A stretch of 64,000 bases of DNA from Anolis carolinensis (taxonomy: Eukaryota). Where the stretch lies: assembly GCF_035594765.1 (NCBI RefSeq), contig NC_085845.1:60196024-60260023 (forward strand). Reading direction: 5' to 3'. Positions 1 through 13,640 of the stretch are shown piece after piece. The stretch's first letter is position 1, and each line of letters starts with the position of its first letter. Below the pieces are notes generated by a model. It saw only the letters and a list, made by a program, of their open reading frames with translations. It had not been told where the DNA came from and ran no database searches. Both the position numbers and the translations under genes were made by a program.

Positions 1-293
1 AGCTCTTTAGGACTGTCCCTTTTGCAACGGTTTTACAAGAAACTACAGCTGCAGTTCACAGCATATAGAGGAGACATCAAAGGTAGAAAGGGGTGTGTGG
101 AGAACAGTATGAGCAGAAAAGCAAAAGATGAGAGGAAAGAGGATGTTGTGATCTTTAAGCACAGTCGCCTCTTTCAAAGTAAGTCCTATTCCACATTGTC
201 AGGCTTTCCTTCTGAGTAAACACATCTAAGTTATGGTGAAGCTTTCCTCTTTCCCTATGAATGCAGACAGCAGCCTCCTTTCTATTGTCAATA

Positions 294-1258
294 AAGGCAG
301 TCCCTGTTACAAAGAAGATAGGTTTGTAGGTTTGTTCTGAAGTTGGATTTTTATGTAAGTTGGAACAGTTAGAGTTTTTAAGTGTACCTCCAGGCAAATA
401 TATATATAATAGCTATGAATAGCAAAGGTTAACACCTCTGTGACGTTTGTTTTGATGTCTGTGCCCCTGTTCACAAGATTTCACCTCACTTTCTATCCCT
501 GTGATAATTGGATTTTGAAAAATGTGGTTGTTGCAGAAACAAGTATGGGTGCTAAAGCTTTAGTTGAAACACCTTTTCCCCATGATAACTCTTTCAGAAG
601 TGAATTTCCCTTCCCAGGAGTAAATTTCTCCCATTTCCTGTTGTCTCACCCCTATTGTTAATACGCTAGAGTCTCACTTATCCAACATAAACGGGCTGGC
701 AGAATGTTGGATAAGCGAAAATGTTGGATAATAAGGAGGGATTAAGGAAAAGCCTATTAAACATCAAATTACAGTATGATTTTACAAATTTAGAACCAAA
801 ACATCATGTTTTACAACAAATTGATAGAAAAGGCAGTTCAATACACGGTAGCGTTATGTAGTAATTACTGTATTTATGACTTTAGCACCAAAACATTGCA
901 ATATATTGAAAATATATTGACTACTAAAAGGCAGACTGCGTTAGATAATATAGAACTTTGGATAAGCGAACGCTAGATAAGTGAAACTCTACTGTATATA
1001 AATTAATATTAAATCTTTATTTTTACCCTGCCACCATCTCTCTGAAGGGACTTGGGGCGGCATACAGAAACACTCCAAGTGCTACATATAGACAACAATA
1101 CACAAGTATAAATACAATCAAAGTACAATCAACAGCGCATAAAAATCTCACTAATAAAATAGTAAAAGTATAAAATAGTAAAATTCCTAAAACACAGTAG
1201 AACTCACTTAAATGTGAATCATTTGTAAGTTAGATGTTTGTAACTCAGGAACTGTCTG
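294..1258 (+). mobile_element. Tigger/pogo-like Tc1-mariner MITE (CAGGCAGTCCCC termini), interrupted by nested insertions
   Basis: Degenerate TIRs with TA flanks; homologous to the copies at 11233, 17121 and 28289. Confidence 0.7.
664..994 (+). mobile_element. Tc1/mariner MITE (CAGTAGAGTCTCACTTATCCAAC family), nested
   Basis: TIRs and TA flanks; five copies in the window. Confidence 0.8.
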
Positions 1259-1543
1259 TACACCTTTTGAAATTTCCTCCTGTTGTTGGTAGCTGAGCAG
1301 GGCAAAGAAAGCTTTTTGTTGGAGGTGCCACATATTTTCTGGTAATATCATTAGTACCACAAGTCTTTGGGGTCAGAAATCCCCCTCCCAAACTTAATTT
1401 TCTTGCCCATTCATTGTGTGTCAGCTGGTGGCTTCCTTGTCAGTGATCAGTATATCCACTTTGACTTTTAGTCTGAACTTCAGAGATGCCGTGAAAAGTA
1501 CTGAACCCGATCTACTGCCTTGGGTAGCATCTTCAATGTTTGT

Positions 1544-1803
1544 TTTTTTCCGTGTCAGGAGCGACATGAGAAACTGGAAGTTGCTTCTGGTGTGAGAATT
1601 GGCTGTCTGCAAGGATGTTGCCCAGGGGGCACCCGGATGTTTGATGTTTTACCATCCTTGTGGGAGGCCTCTCTCAAGTTCCCGCATGGGGAGCTGGATC
1701 TGACAGACGGAGCTCACCCGCTGTCCCCAGATTTGAACCGCCGACCTGTCAATCTAGCAGTCCTGCTGGCACAGGAGTTTGATCCATTATGCCACTGGGG
1801 GCT
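1544..1803 (-). mobile_element. tRNA-derived SINE with TGACACGAAA-type tail (Anolis SINE2-like)
   Basis: Homologous to six other copies; A-rich tail and tRNA-like head on the minus strand. Confidence 0.8.
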
Positions 1804-2803
1804 TTAGATGGAAAGCTGGAACAAATTCATTGAAGTGACTATCTGCCACTGCTATGAGAATTACATGGTTTTAATAATTGGTTTTAAGATTGAGATGTTT
1901 TTAACTTTTTGGTTTTAATGTATATGTTTGTTTTATTGTATGTATGTATATGTGGCATCGAATTGTGTCTTTCTGTAAGCTGCTCTGACTATCTCCTGGG
2001 TGAGAAAGGCAGGGTATAAATACAGTAAACAAACAAACAGAAATACAGTAAACAAACAAACAAATAAAATTAGTTGGTGAAGACTCAATATTTTAATATT
2101 GAGAGGGCAGTGCCCTCTTTGTACATATCAGGCATAAAACACCCCTGGAAAAGAATAATGATTTAGGCAGAAATCTTGGAATATATTCACAAGGGAGCAA
2201 GCCTCATTGAACACAGCAGGACTTACTTTGAGTAAATGTCCATAGGATTCTATTGTTAGACACCTCTGAAAGATCAATAGGTATATTCTATTAGAGAACT
2301 CATTACTTGCAAGCGATGTGAGAGTTTACAGTTGGCTTGCCAGCAAAGAGGTCTCCCAGGGTTTGTGTAAAAACACATACACAGCTTGTAAACAACAAAG
2401 GAAATTTTGAACATTTAACCACCACTCGTACCACAAGCAAACAGAAATGTGCAGGTTTTATAAACAGAAACTGTAACTTAATTGGTGAAGGTGATGTTTG
2501 AGGCAAAAGGAGTGCAGAAGAAATGAATGTACATTTCTTTTAAAAGATTGTAAAAAACATTAATACTGTTTTGTCCATACATTTTTATGAAAATGGTTAA
2601 TGCAATTTTGTGAAGCAGCTGTAGTCAGCTTTTTAAAAATTTCTGTCCTTAGTAATATGTCAAACAAAAAAAAAATCCATGTCCGATAATGATAAGTAGA
2701 ACTTACAAGCAACTTCAGCTGAAAATGCAGCATATCAAATTAGGCATCACATCCCCTATTCTTTTATGCATAATGTAAATACAGCAATCTGCTTAAAGCA
2801 CTA

Positions 2804-3196
2804 CCGTATATACTCGAGTATAAGCCGACTCGAATGTAAGCCGAGGCACCTAATTTTACCCCAAAACCTGGGAAAACTTATTGACTCAAGTATAAGACGA
2901 GGGTGGGAAATGCAGTAGCTATGGGTCAAATTCAAAAATAAAAATAGATATTAATAAAATTGTATTATTTGAGGCATCAGTAGGTTAAATGTTTTTGAAT
3001 ATTTATATAAAACTGTAATTTAAGATAATAAGACTTTAATAAAATAAGACTGTCCAACTCTGAATACCTATATACTCAAGTATAAGCCGACCTGAATAGA
3101 AGCCAGCCAGGACCCTCACTCAAGTATAAGCTGAGTGGAGCTTTTTCAGCCCTAAAAAAGGGCTGAAAAACTAAGCTTATACTCGAGTATATACAG
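2804..3196. mobile_element. Tc1/mariner (Tc2/pogo-like) MITE
   Basis: TIRs CCGTATATACTCGAGTATAAGC...GCTTATACTCGAGTATATACAG with TA TSD. Confidence 0.85.
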
Positions 3197-3588
3197 TATT
3201 TGTCTTCCCAATCCACACTAACTTCCCTGTTTCTTGCCCAGTGGCACGGCATGGTCAAGTAGAGCAAAGCTACACTTGCAGAGGCATACCACATCAGTTC
3301 AGGAACTTAGAGGTGAAAATTTACAACTTGGCAACTGTTCAATACATCGTGTTTTTATTTCAGGATGTTATACTGCAGCTATTTCACATTTGCTAATGTC
3401 TAATGATTTATTACTGCTATAATAATTTCCATGCCCTCCAGTTTGCCACTGGATAGGCATGAATTCTTTGGCAGCTGAGAGAAATACATATACTCCCCTG
3501 ACAACTTCTTCCAAATCGCCATTGATCCTGGTAGTTCATGAATCCAGGCAGTGAAGGGATTGTTGTCTCTTGTCTCATTCATTCATAA

Positions 3589-3953
3589 CACTATGTAACA
3601 CAATTTTTGTTCCTGGGTTATAAATGTCATTTCCTAATTGGTTCTATCATAAAAACATGGGAAGGGTTTATTAAACTGCAACAATTTTGTGGCACCACAA
3701 AAATGGAAGTTTCTGGAGCATAACAAAGTAAGTACCTCACAATAAAACAGGAATAACTATGTTGCTGAAGGCTTTCATGGCTGGAATCACTAGGTTGCTG
3801 TGAGCTTTCTGGGCTGTAAGGCCATGTTCCAGAAGCATTCTCTCCTGATGTTTCACCCACATCTATGGCAGGCATCCTCAGAGGTTGTGAGGTTTTAAGG
3901 AATAATACTTTCAAACCAGGAACAGTATTTTTTTCAAGTTTTGTTACATAGTG
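3589..3953. mobile_element. CMC-superfamily (Chapaev3-like) non-autonomous DNA transposon containing a Penelope fragment
   Basis: TIR CACTATGTAACA...TGTTACATAGTG with 3-bp TAA TSD. Confidence 0.7.
3760..3893 (-). mobile_element. Penelope-like element terminal-repeat fragment with hammerhead motif
   Basis: Highly similar to 46896-47020 and to the reverse complement of 48395-48495. Confidence 0.8.
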
Positions 3954-4133
3954 TAATTTGTTTGGTACATTTGGATTGGTTCTGTAAACAACCAGCTTCA
4001 TCTTTGATGGTTGCTTTGGATACTATGGATGGGTCGTAGTTTTTTCGCATGGTCGAAGATGAATGAATTTCACCTTCTCCATTTTGACGCAAAAGCTGTT
4101 CAAGCTGTAGGTTATAGGTTATTTAGCTATATA

Positions 4134-4594
4134 CAGTAGAGTCTCACTTATCCAACAGAAACGGGCTGGCAGAACATTGGATAAGCGAAAATGTTGGATA
4201 ATAAGGAGGGATTAATGAAAAGCCTATTAAACATCAAATCACGTTATGATTTTACAAATTAAGCACCAAAACATCATGTTTTACAACAAACTGACAGAAA
4301 AAGTAGTTCAATATACAGTAAAATTATGTAGCAATTACTGTATTTATGAAATTAGCACCAAAACATCGCAATGTATTGTAAACATTGACTACAAAAACGT
4401 TGACTACTAAAAATTGAGTACAAATAAAGATAGAATTGCATAAAATGAACTTATAGTAACAACACTGTCAGAAGTTAAATCCATAAAAAGTTCAGTCTTT
4501 GCTGCCTAAAGAGCTGTGTATCTGGGCAGGAGGCAGGCTGCACTGGATAATCCAGAACATTGGATAAGCGAAGGTTGGATAAGCGAGACTACTG
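4134..4594 (+). mobile_element. Tc1/mariner MITE (CAGTAGAGTCTCAC family), longer variant
   Basis: TIRs and TA TSD. Confidence 0.85.
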
Positions 4595-6568
4595 TAGCTA
4601 TAGGTGTGGGTAGTTGAAATAAACATTGGATAGATCTCTGTAGGTTTTCAAATATTTCACATGACTCTCATAGCTTTGTAGTTCTTGTCCTTTCTCAGTA
4701 GTTTAAAGGGAGTCAAGTTATCCTGATGTGCAACTATCATAGCAATGAAAGGATGTAGTAGCAGTCATCCAAACTGAGTTTACACCTCTTATTATCTAGT
4801 CTACTGTTTTTTTTGTTTCTCCCTGCTCTAACATGAGCTGTGATCATTTCACTTGCAGAATTATAATACTAGTACGTTTATATGTTTTGAAATAACTACT
4901 GTGAATTTTGTCACAGTAGTCATTGAATGTAGGATGTGCACTCGCATCCTACCATCTATCTCTTCTTGTGCAGAATTCAGTATGCAGATTTCTTTCCACT
5001 TGTCTTGGATGACCTTGAAAAAAGCTGCCTTGGTGGTTGCTGAAAGTATTTAATCTTTCAGCATCATCATGTCCCTTAGGCATCCTGTTGGACTAATAAG
5101 TTGATGAGTTCCGACTTGTTTGATGGCATGGATAGATATTTTTTTAACTGAATAGGCTGGTTCAGTATTTTTCAACACTGCAGAAGCATCTTTCGACTTC
5201 TTGTCTTTTTAAAGATTTTTAGGTTCTGCCAACAGTTTCCAAAGTTTTCCATTTCCATTTGCAACTAGTCAAGGAAAGGTTTCCCAGAAGGTGAGCCAAA
5301 GCATTTCACATACACAATTGTCACCTTTGAGCAACAAGTATCATTCACCCAATGGGGATTTAGTCAGCTTAATTTACCAAACTTAGGTGTTGTTTTTCTG
5401 TGATTCTTTTCAGACATCTTGTCATAGACTAAGTACATCATGGAAACTAAACATGCTATTTCTTCGGTTTCAAGAGCTCTAAAAGAAACCTTGCTCGCAC
5501 CTCTGTGTGCTGTTAAAGTCTCTGAGAAGTCAAATCTGACTGGTCGCTCCTTTTATGATAATATATTATTTGTAACAGATATGTACATTATGTTTCCTTT
5601 TTTCTAATCTAGAAAGCTTTCCTTTCTTCATACATTGTCTTAAAACTGTTCATGCTATCATGTTTTTGGTTCAGTTTGATAAAAGACTTCATTTTTGGAC
5701 ACGGAGGTATACAGGCAGAGGTTTTTCTTTATTTACAGCTGTTTACCCAATCCATACACAAAAATGTCTCTGTTATTTTTCTTTTTATTCTATCCAACAA
5801 CTATATAACAATTTGCTGGGATTTGAGGGTTCTAAAGGAATTAATCGCAGGTGCAAGGAATAATTTAAAGCTCAGCTGATGGATATGGGTCATCCTGTTA
5901 GGAATCTTAAAACCACCATTTCAGTATATTTTTCTTGTTGGAGGATTCTTATCATTCAGCTGCCATCATGGAAACATAAATATTGGTACCCAGTCCAGGA
6001 CATCTTAGATTGTTAGGGTCCACTGCATATTAGTCTCCAGTGCTCTAGAGATTATCTGATTCATTCTGACATTAATTCATTCACACTTAGATATCTGAAG
6101 ACTCAAGGACAGAACAGGTGTCCCTGAGTCTGCGCCATGGATTCTTTTTTTCTTATAGGCCAACTTTTTTATATCAAAAGATTATTTCAGTTGTACTGAC
6201 AGAATAGGTAATTTGCATCATTATTGGTCTGTGTGGCTTATTACATGTAGGTAAAACTTACAGATCTGTCCAAACACGTATAGCTCACTGTTCAAAATTA
6301 AGAAAACATATTGTGAATCCTTCTTAGGATTGTTCATGTGGACTTAATGAGCTTGTATTTTTAGTGATTGATAGGTAAAGGTTTTCCCCTGACATTAAGT
6401 CCAGTCGTGTCCGACTCTGGGGGTTGGTGCTCATTTCTAAGCTGAAGAGCCGGCGTTGTCCATAGACACCTCCAAGGTCATGTGGCTGGCATGATTGCAT
6501 GGAGTGCTGATATATTTCCGCCGGAGCGGTACCTATTGATCTACTCCCATTTGCATGTTTTCAAACTA

Positions 6569-8580
6569 CCCTGTTTCCCCGAAAATAAGACAGTGTCTTA
6601 TATTAATTTTTGCTCCCAAAGATGTGCTAGGTCTTATTTTCAGGGGATGTCTTATTTTTTCATGAAGAAGAATTCACATTTATTGTTGAACAAAAAAAAA
6701 TGAACATCACAAGCCAACATAACCAGACAAACTGTGAATCCTATCAAGAATGTCTTGTTACTGCTACTATTTCTATTAAAATCACATAAAGAGCAATTAG
6801 AGTGCATCAATAATATAAACATAATAAGATAAACAGATTAAGAAAAATAACTACAGTTCATGAGGTATCATATCAAGACATCTATTGCACTCCAGTCCAT
6901 AACATGATATTCCTGTCATTCCTGATTAATTTTCAAGATTAGAATACCCTTCCATAAAAGAGGGAAAAGGCAGCTCAGATTGTGATGTGCATTACAAGTG
7001 ACAGGTGATCTTCCAGTGTACAAAAATATTGATGTACTTGCCAAATTTCAGAACCAGAAAATGTGATTCACATGAAGAAAAATGTAATTAATTGTTTTAT
7101 TTTAGAAGAGGGATCTGTAACTGCCAGAGATCCAAGGAATGGATATCCCCATACTGGATCTTAGAAGCTTACATTCCCTTCCCATGTCATCTGTCTTTAT
7201 CCCAAAATGTTTTTTTTTACTCAAAGGGCTCCTTGTGGCATCTAAGTGGAGTGAAGAACAATTTCAGGGTTTTTGTTTGTTTAGTTTTAAAGCCAAGAGC
7301 ATCTGGGATCTGCACTGACAGCCTCAAAGGCCCAGTTGGATGGAACAGAAAGAGGATGGAGGGCCACAGGAAACAGCTTGTGGGGTTTGCACATTGCCCA
7401 TCTCACACATACACTTAGCATTCAGGTGGATGGTCAGAGCACTCTTTTAAGGTCAATGGAAAGTGGGTTTTGCACTACAAGTCCCATCAGGCCTTAGCTA
7501 TGGAATGGTGGGAGTTGCAGGCCAGCAATGTCTACAGCAGAATGCATGCAAAGAATGGCGTCCTCTGGGTCAAGATGAGCTACATATGGAGCGAATGCTT
7601 TTTCTTTCTTCCTAAAGCCATGACGCCTCCTTCCTCATTTGTCTCCCTTCCAAAAAGTAGAAATACAGTAGAGTCTCACTTATCCAACATAAATGGGCTG
7701 GCAGAATGTTGGATAAGTGAATATGTTGGATAATAAGGAGGGATTAAGGAAAAGCCTATTAAACATCAAATTAGGTTATGATTTTACAAATTAAGCGCCA
7801 AAACATCATGTTATACAATGAATTTGACAGAAAAAGTAGTTCAATATGGAGTAATGCTATGTAGTAATTACTGTATTTATGAATTTAGCCCCAAAATATC
7901 ATGATGTATTGAAAACATTGACTACAAAAATGCATTGGATAATCCAGAATGTTGGATAAGCGAGTGTTGGATAAGTGAGACTCTACTGTAATAATAATAG
8001 ACCTTTCTTGAAAAATGTCCCTGGTTCTCATACACTACCTGGCACACACCCAGGGAGGAAGAAGGTAGGAAAGGTAGCCACGTGGAAAGTGAGGAAGCTG
8101 GAAAGTGAGAAGGCAGGAAGAGTGCGTGCCTCTCCCTTCTTCCATAGCGGCAGCTGCGGAAGGGAAAGGGAAAGGCAGGAGAAAAGGATCTCATTCGCAC
8201 AGCTCTTCTATCGCTTTTTCTTTCCTCTTCTTCAGCAAATGTCGACCAAAGGGGGAAGGGACAAGAGCAAGCAGCCCCTTCTCCTTTGCATTCACACAGC
8301 ACTGGCCAGGAAGGCTAAGGAGAAGCTTTTTCTCCCACCTTTTCCTTCCCCCTCTTCAGCAAGTGCCGACCAAAGGGGGAAGCAACGGAAGGGAGAGGGG
8401 AAAGCGTGAGCAGCACTTTCTTATTTGCACAGCACCAGCTGAGGAAGGAGAAGGGAGCCGCGGCAGCGGCACCAGCGGCTCCCTCCCCTTACTTTTGGGG
8501 GAGGTCTTATATTCGGCAAGTCTCCCAAACCTGTACTAGGTCTTATTTTATGGGGATGTCTTATTTTCGGGGAAACACGG
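6569..8580 (+). mobile_element. Tc1/mariner-type non-autonomous element (CC[C/G]TGTTTCCCCGAAAATAAGAC TIRs) with about 1.7 kb of extra internal sequence
   Basis: TIRs at both ends with TA TSD; ends homologous to the short copy at 15108-15518. Confidence 0.7.
7666..7988 (+). mobile_element. Tc1/mariner MITE (CAGTAGAGTCTCAC family), nested
   Basis: Perfect 24-bp TIR and TA TSD. Confidence 0.9.
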
Positions 8581-8892
8581 TAGTAGGTTGGCAGAAGCTG
8601 GAGCTAACAGCGGTTGCTCACTCCGCTCCCCGGATTGGAACTGCCAACCTTTTGGTCTGCAAGTTCAGCAGCTAAGCGCTTTAGCACGCTGCACCAACAC
8701 TTCGAGTCAATACAGTAGCTGTATAGATCCTCAAACTAAAGATTGTGGCTCCCAAAGGATTAAATATGTCTTTGGATCTGACTTGTTTGCTGTAAGGTCT
8801 CACACCTGAAAATAGTTTTAAGATCTATCTAAGCTTTACAGTTTGAGTCCTTCCTAGTGTGTGAATTTACCGCTGAGAGCTAGTTACCAGCA

Positions 8893-8915
8893 TGTGTGTG
8901 TGTGTGTGTGTGTGT
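8893..8915. repeat. (TG)n microsatellite
   Basis: About 11 TG units. Confidence 0.9.
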
Positions 8916-9078
8916 GATTGACTATATGGTTTTTCCCAATTGATTTTTTTAAAGGTTACAAGCCTTTTCAGATTCTATCCATTTGTAAGCATTCGTGCTC
9001 TCCTTTTTATTGTGTCTTTTACTGAATTGTATTTAATACTCCAGGTTTTTTAGCCCGTCTCTGAGTTAGTCTGTAGCA

Positions 9079-11134
9079 GCCTTAGCTAATGCTAAGAAAG
9101 ACCGTTGGATAGAGCTGCTTGAGAACCTTGACATGTCCAAGAGTAGCCGAAAAGCCTGGCAACTGCTGAGACGCCTGGATAGTTATCCTGTGGTCAACCA
9201 TGGACACGCAAACGTGACACCAGACCAGATAGCTCACCAGCTAATTCAGAATGGGAAAACCAACTGCAGCAAAATAAAGATGAAAATCAACAGGGTGCCA
9301 GAACTTGAAACCCACCAGTTGTCTTCTCCTCTAAACCTGAAAGAACTCAGAGAAGCCATCAAGCGATGTAAGACTGGTAAAGCACCTGGCCTAGATGACC
9401 TGATGATGGAGCAAATCAAACACTTGGGCCCCAAAGCTGAAAACTGGCTTTTGAAATTTTACAATCAATGCTTGGCACACAAACAGATTCCCAGAGCATG
9501 GAGGAAAACTAAGATCATTGCCATTTTAAAACCTGGTGAAGATGCCTCCAATGCCAGGAACTACCGACCAATCTCCCTCTTATGTCATCTATATAAAGTC
9601 TATGAGAGGATGCTATTAAATCGACTAGGACCTGTTATCGAACTTAAGCTTATTGCACAATAAGCAGGTTTCAGACCAGGGAAAAACTGTACAGGTCAAA
9701 TTCTTCATCTGACTGAGCATATCGAGGAAGGCTATGAGAAAGGCTGCATTACGGGAACAGTTTTTGTGGACCTTACGGCAGCCTATGACACGGTGCAACA
9801 TAGAAAAATGCTGCATAAAGTCTACCATATCACCCGGGACTTTGACTTTACAAAAACTGTCCAGACCCTCCTGGAAAACCGCAGCTTCTATGTGGAGTTT
9901 CAGGGCAGGAAAAGTAGATGGAGGAGGCAAAAGAATGGTTTACCCCAAGGAAGCGTTCTTGCACCGACCTTATTTAATATCTTCACCAATGACCAGCCAC
10001 AACCACCACTCACAAAGAGCTTTATATATGCTGATGACCTTGGCCTTACAACACAAGCAAAAGATTTTGAAACAGTTGAAAACCAGCTCACTAATGCCTT
10101 GAAAGATCTCTCCAGCTACTACAAAGAGAACCACCTGAAGCCTAACCCTGCCAAGACATAAGTGTGTGCTTTCCACCTACGTAACCGTGAAGCCAACAGG
10201 AAACTGAAAGTTACTTGGGAAGGCCAAGAGCTCGAACACTGTTTCCATCCTAAATATCTTGGTGTCACCTTAGATCGAACATTAACATATAGGAAACACT
10301 GCATGAACACCAAGCACAAAGTAGCTGCACGCAACAACATCCTGCGGAAACTGACTGGCAGCTCATGGGGTGCAGACTCACAAGTAATAAGAACATCAGC
10401 CCTGGCCTTGTCTTTCTCAACTGCTGAGTACGCCTGTCCTGTCTGGCAAAAGTCTGCCCATGCGAAGCAGGTGGACATAGCACTGAATGAAACATGCAGA
10501 ATCATCACAGGATGCCTTAAACCTACACCTGTTGATAAACTCTACAAGTTAGCTGGCATTGCCCCTCCTGATGTGCGACGGGAAGTTGCTGCTAACGGTG
10601 AGAGAAATAAGGTCGAACATTGTGAAAGCCACCCACTGCATGACTATCAGCCTCCTCCCACCAGACTCAAATCAAGGAAGGGCTTCATGAGAACCACCAC
10701 TCCTCTTGATGTTCCTCCAGCAGCAGCAAGGGTGTCCCTCTGGGCAGCTAAACCTGGCAATTCTAACTGGATGCCCCCCCCCCCCATGAGGGTCTTTCTC
10801 CAGGGGCAAACCAAGAATGGGCAACTTGGAAGTCCCTGAACAGACTCAGAAGTGGAGTGGGCAGATCTAAAGACAACTTGGCAAGGTGGCACTACCTGGA
10901 GGAATCCTCCACCTTGTGTGACTGTGGAGCAGAACAAACAACTCCACCTATGTATGCTTGCCCACAATGTCCTGCCTCATGCACGGAGGAGGAGTTGTTT
11001 AAAGCTACGGACAATGCGGTTGCTTTTGCCCGTTTTTGGTCTAAAACTATTTAGTTGCTTGTAATTTCCTTTTTTCCCCCATCATTTTAAAATGTATTTG
11101 TTATGCAATGCTTTTGACACGAAATAAATAAATA
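9079..11134 (+). mobile_element. 5'-truncated Vingi (Ingi-related) non-LTR retrotransposon with a disabled RT ORF
   Basis: RT motifs (NYRPISLL, QAGFRPG, DLTAAYDTV, GLPQGSVLAP, YADD, KYLGVTLD) and a C-terminal CxC...C knuckle; (TAAA)n tail; 11-bp TSD AGTCTGTAGCA at 9068-9078 and 11135-11145; stops at 9661 and 10159, frameshift at the C12 run 10774-10785. Confidence 0.9.
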
Positions 11135-11232
11135 AGTCTGTAGCATTTCTGTCTGAGCCCCCTTGTTCATTCTGGCTTGTGGTAGCCTGAGTTTGTCCTG
11201 TAATTTGCGGGTGTCTGCCATTATGCCCTATA

Positions 11233-11570
11233 CAGGCAGTCCCCAAATTATGAACAAGATAGGTTCAGTAGGCTTGTTCTTAAGTTGAATTTTTATGTAA
11301 GTGGGATCAGGTGCATTTTATGTGTAACTCTAGCCAGTATGTGTGTGTATAGCTTTTGATAGAATAGGGAAGGGTTAACACTCCTGTGATTTTGCAGTCT
11401 GTGCCCCTGTTCGGACTGTGATCATTGGATTTTGAAAAATGTGGCTTGTTGTGAAAGCTTCAGTGGAAACACCTTTTCCTCATGAAAACTCTTTCAGGGG
11501 TGAATTTCCCTTCCTAGGGCCCCATTTGTAACTATGAGTCGTTTGTAAGTCAGATGTTTTTAACTGCCTG
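11233..11570 (+). mobile_element. Tigger-like MITE (CAGGCAGTCCCC family)
   Basis: CAGGCAGT...ACTGCCTG termini, TA TSD. Confidence 0.8.
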
Positions 11571-12368
11571 TATTTGCAAACATTTTTGAACAGATTTTTA
11601 TGTTTGTCAACTTATTTTTTTTCTACTTGTTTGTATGTGTTACTGCATTTTTGAATACTCACAAGAAAAAAATCATCAAAATAGCATCAACATTGAAGAT
11701 TTTCCAAAACAGCATCATATCTTTTAAAATCCTGTTCATTCCACCTACATCCTTGTTAAATCTGCAACTGGTTATTCCAGCCTTGATCATAGTACTGTTT
11801 GTTCCTGTTAGTGTAACGTTTTGCAGCATTTTGTTACACATTGAATATATTTTGGCATTGTCTGCATGCTTCATTTTTATATCAGCATATAATTGAATAT
11901 TCCTTCACTGTTTTCTATGGCACTGCATTTAGATTTTGCAGTTACACAGTTTACTTCGTAAATTTGTTGTATATCTGTGCCTTTTGTTGACTGGGTGTTC
12001 ATTGAACAGCCTGTAATAGTATGGAAATAGCAAGCATGCTTTAGTCTGTCATAAGCAGGGGAAGGAAAATGTATTAAGGCAAGTATCCAGGATTATCTTG
12101 TATCATTGTTTTTTTTTATGACCACCTGGTTTCTGCTCGATCTTCATGGTCAGTAGCAACATAAGATGCTTTAAAAATTTTATTAACTGTATTATATTCA
12201 TAAACATGTAACTTATAATATAGGAACCATCTAACAAAACCACAAAGCACAGCAAGACATAAGTTGGAAAAAAAATAAAAAGTGTGCTATCTAACACAAA
12301 CCTCACTTGTACTACTTTACAAAAACCACCACTTCTAAGCAAATCCTGATCTATACTGACCCTTAATC

Positions 12369-13032
12369 TGTTGGAAATGGCAACCTCTCAAGCCTCTCAC
12401 TGTTTATTTGTTAATGTATATATTAGCTAACCTGTATTCTATGTGTATGTTGATTTGCCAGTGTGTACCTCTTTGCTGTGGGAGGGGTTATAGATATATG
12501 ATTGTACTGAGCATTTGCAGACTCAGGACTCCATTTGTATTCAGTCTATCTCAGTGGAGATAGATGCATGTATATGTTTGGACTTCAGTAGAGAAGCATG
12601 TATGTGTTTGGTCTTCAATGAAAGCAGGTATATATGTCCAGACCTCAGTGAAGGTGGATGCATGTTGCTGTTTAGAGACTTCAATAGAGAAGTATGTTTA
12701 TGGATTTCAGTGAGTACAACTATACTTAAAGACTATGGACTATTGATTAAGAATTATACCCTGTGTACTCAATACAGGGAGAAACCTACATCCTATCTGT
12801 AACTGAACTTCAATGCCTGTGTGGTGAATTAATGCAAGAAGTTTATGAGTAAACAAGATACGTTATTTTTTAAAGAAGATTTTGTTTTTATCTCTGAGTG
12901 CATATTTTAACTAAGAGGTTTAAAGGGAGCGTACATCTTTTGGGCAACTACAACTGCAGAGATAATCTTTAAAACTGCTAACCAAATATATTTTTGTAGT
13001 GGCATGTCTTTACCCTTGGCAGTTTAAAGACA
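12369..13032 (+). repeat. Possible solo LTR or unclassified repeat with internal degenerate ~30-bp tandem units (12545-12715)
   Basis: TG...CA candidate ends; repeated GACTTCA[G/A]T...ATGTAT units; TSD not convincing. Confidence 0.3.
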
Positions 13033-13349
13033 TAGTTCTTCAGTTTAACAGCGAAGTTACCTATGTTCCATTACAGTAATGCTTGTTCAAAGACTTGACT
13101 TCTAACAAGGTCCTGCTTTCCTTGACTAGTGGTTTTCAAAAGGTGGTCTCCACATGTTCACTGAGATTCACATTTGCCAAATGCCCAGAGACTGGGTGTA
13201 ATTATTTTCCAATAGGTTATGCAATATAATCTACCTTCAACTCTGTCTATATATATCTATATCTATTCCCCACCTTAAAAAGTTGGCTTCCCATTTGTCA
13301 GCAAAAGAGCATGTAATTTTGCCCTTTAATTATTCCTTTCATACCTTAT

Positions 13350-13640
13350 ACTGCTATTTTAAATTCATAATTTCTACACTTTCTAATTTAAACAAGGAAA
13401 AGCACTTTCCTTAAAATCTCATCTCTTTCTTAAATTTAATCAAAAGTCAATTATTCTTCAGAAACCTGCTGACATAACCTCCTCTTCTCTTAGTATGAAA
13501 TAGAATGTAAAATGGATTCCATTCTTCTGTAAACTCTTCATTAGAGGTTTCTTTCAATTGCTGAGTTAACTTGTCAATCTTCACAGTTTCTACTAACTTG
13601 TGAATCCATTCATCATCAGACAAGATCATCAATATTTACC
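13350..13640 (-). mobile_element. L1-like LINE 3' fragment (ORF2 C-terminus)
   Basis: EWIHKLVETVKIDKLT...EEFTEEWNPF resembles the C-terminus of non-mammalian L1 ORF2. Confidence 0.55.

Larger units (their letters stand above)
6373..8700 (-). mobile_element. Sauria SINE split into 6373-6566 and 8583-8700 by a 2-kb insertion
   Basis: The two halves are collinear with intact copies (23614, 56040); ACCTTT-type tail. Confidence 0.8.

Noticed and set aside
7922-8675. Overlapping 89-144-aa ORFs
   Set aside because: Repetitive purine/pyrimidine-skewed interior of a transposon; no homology or exon structure.
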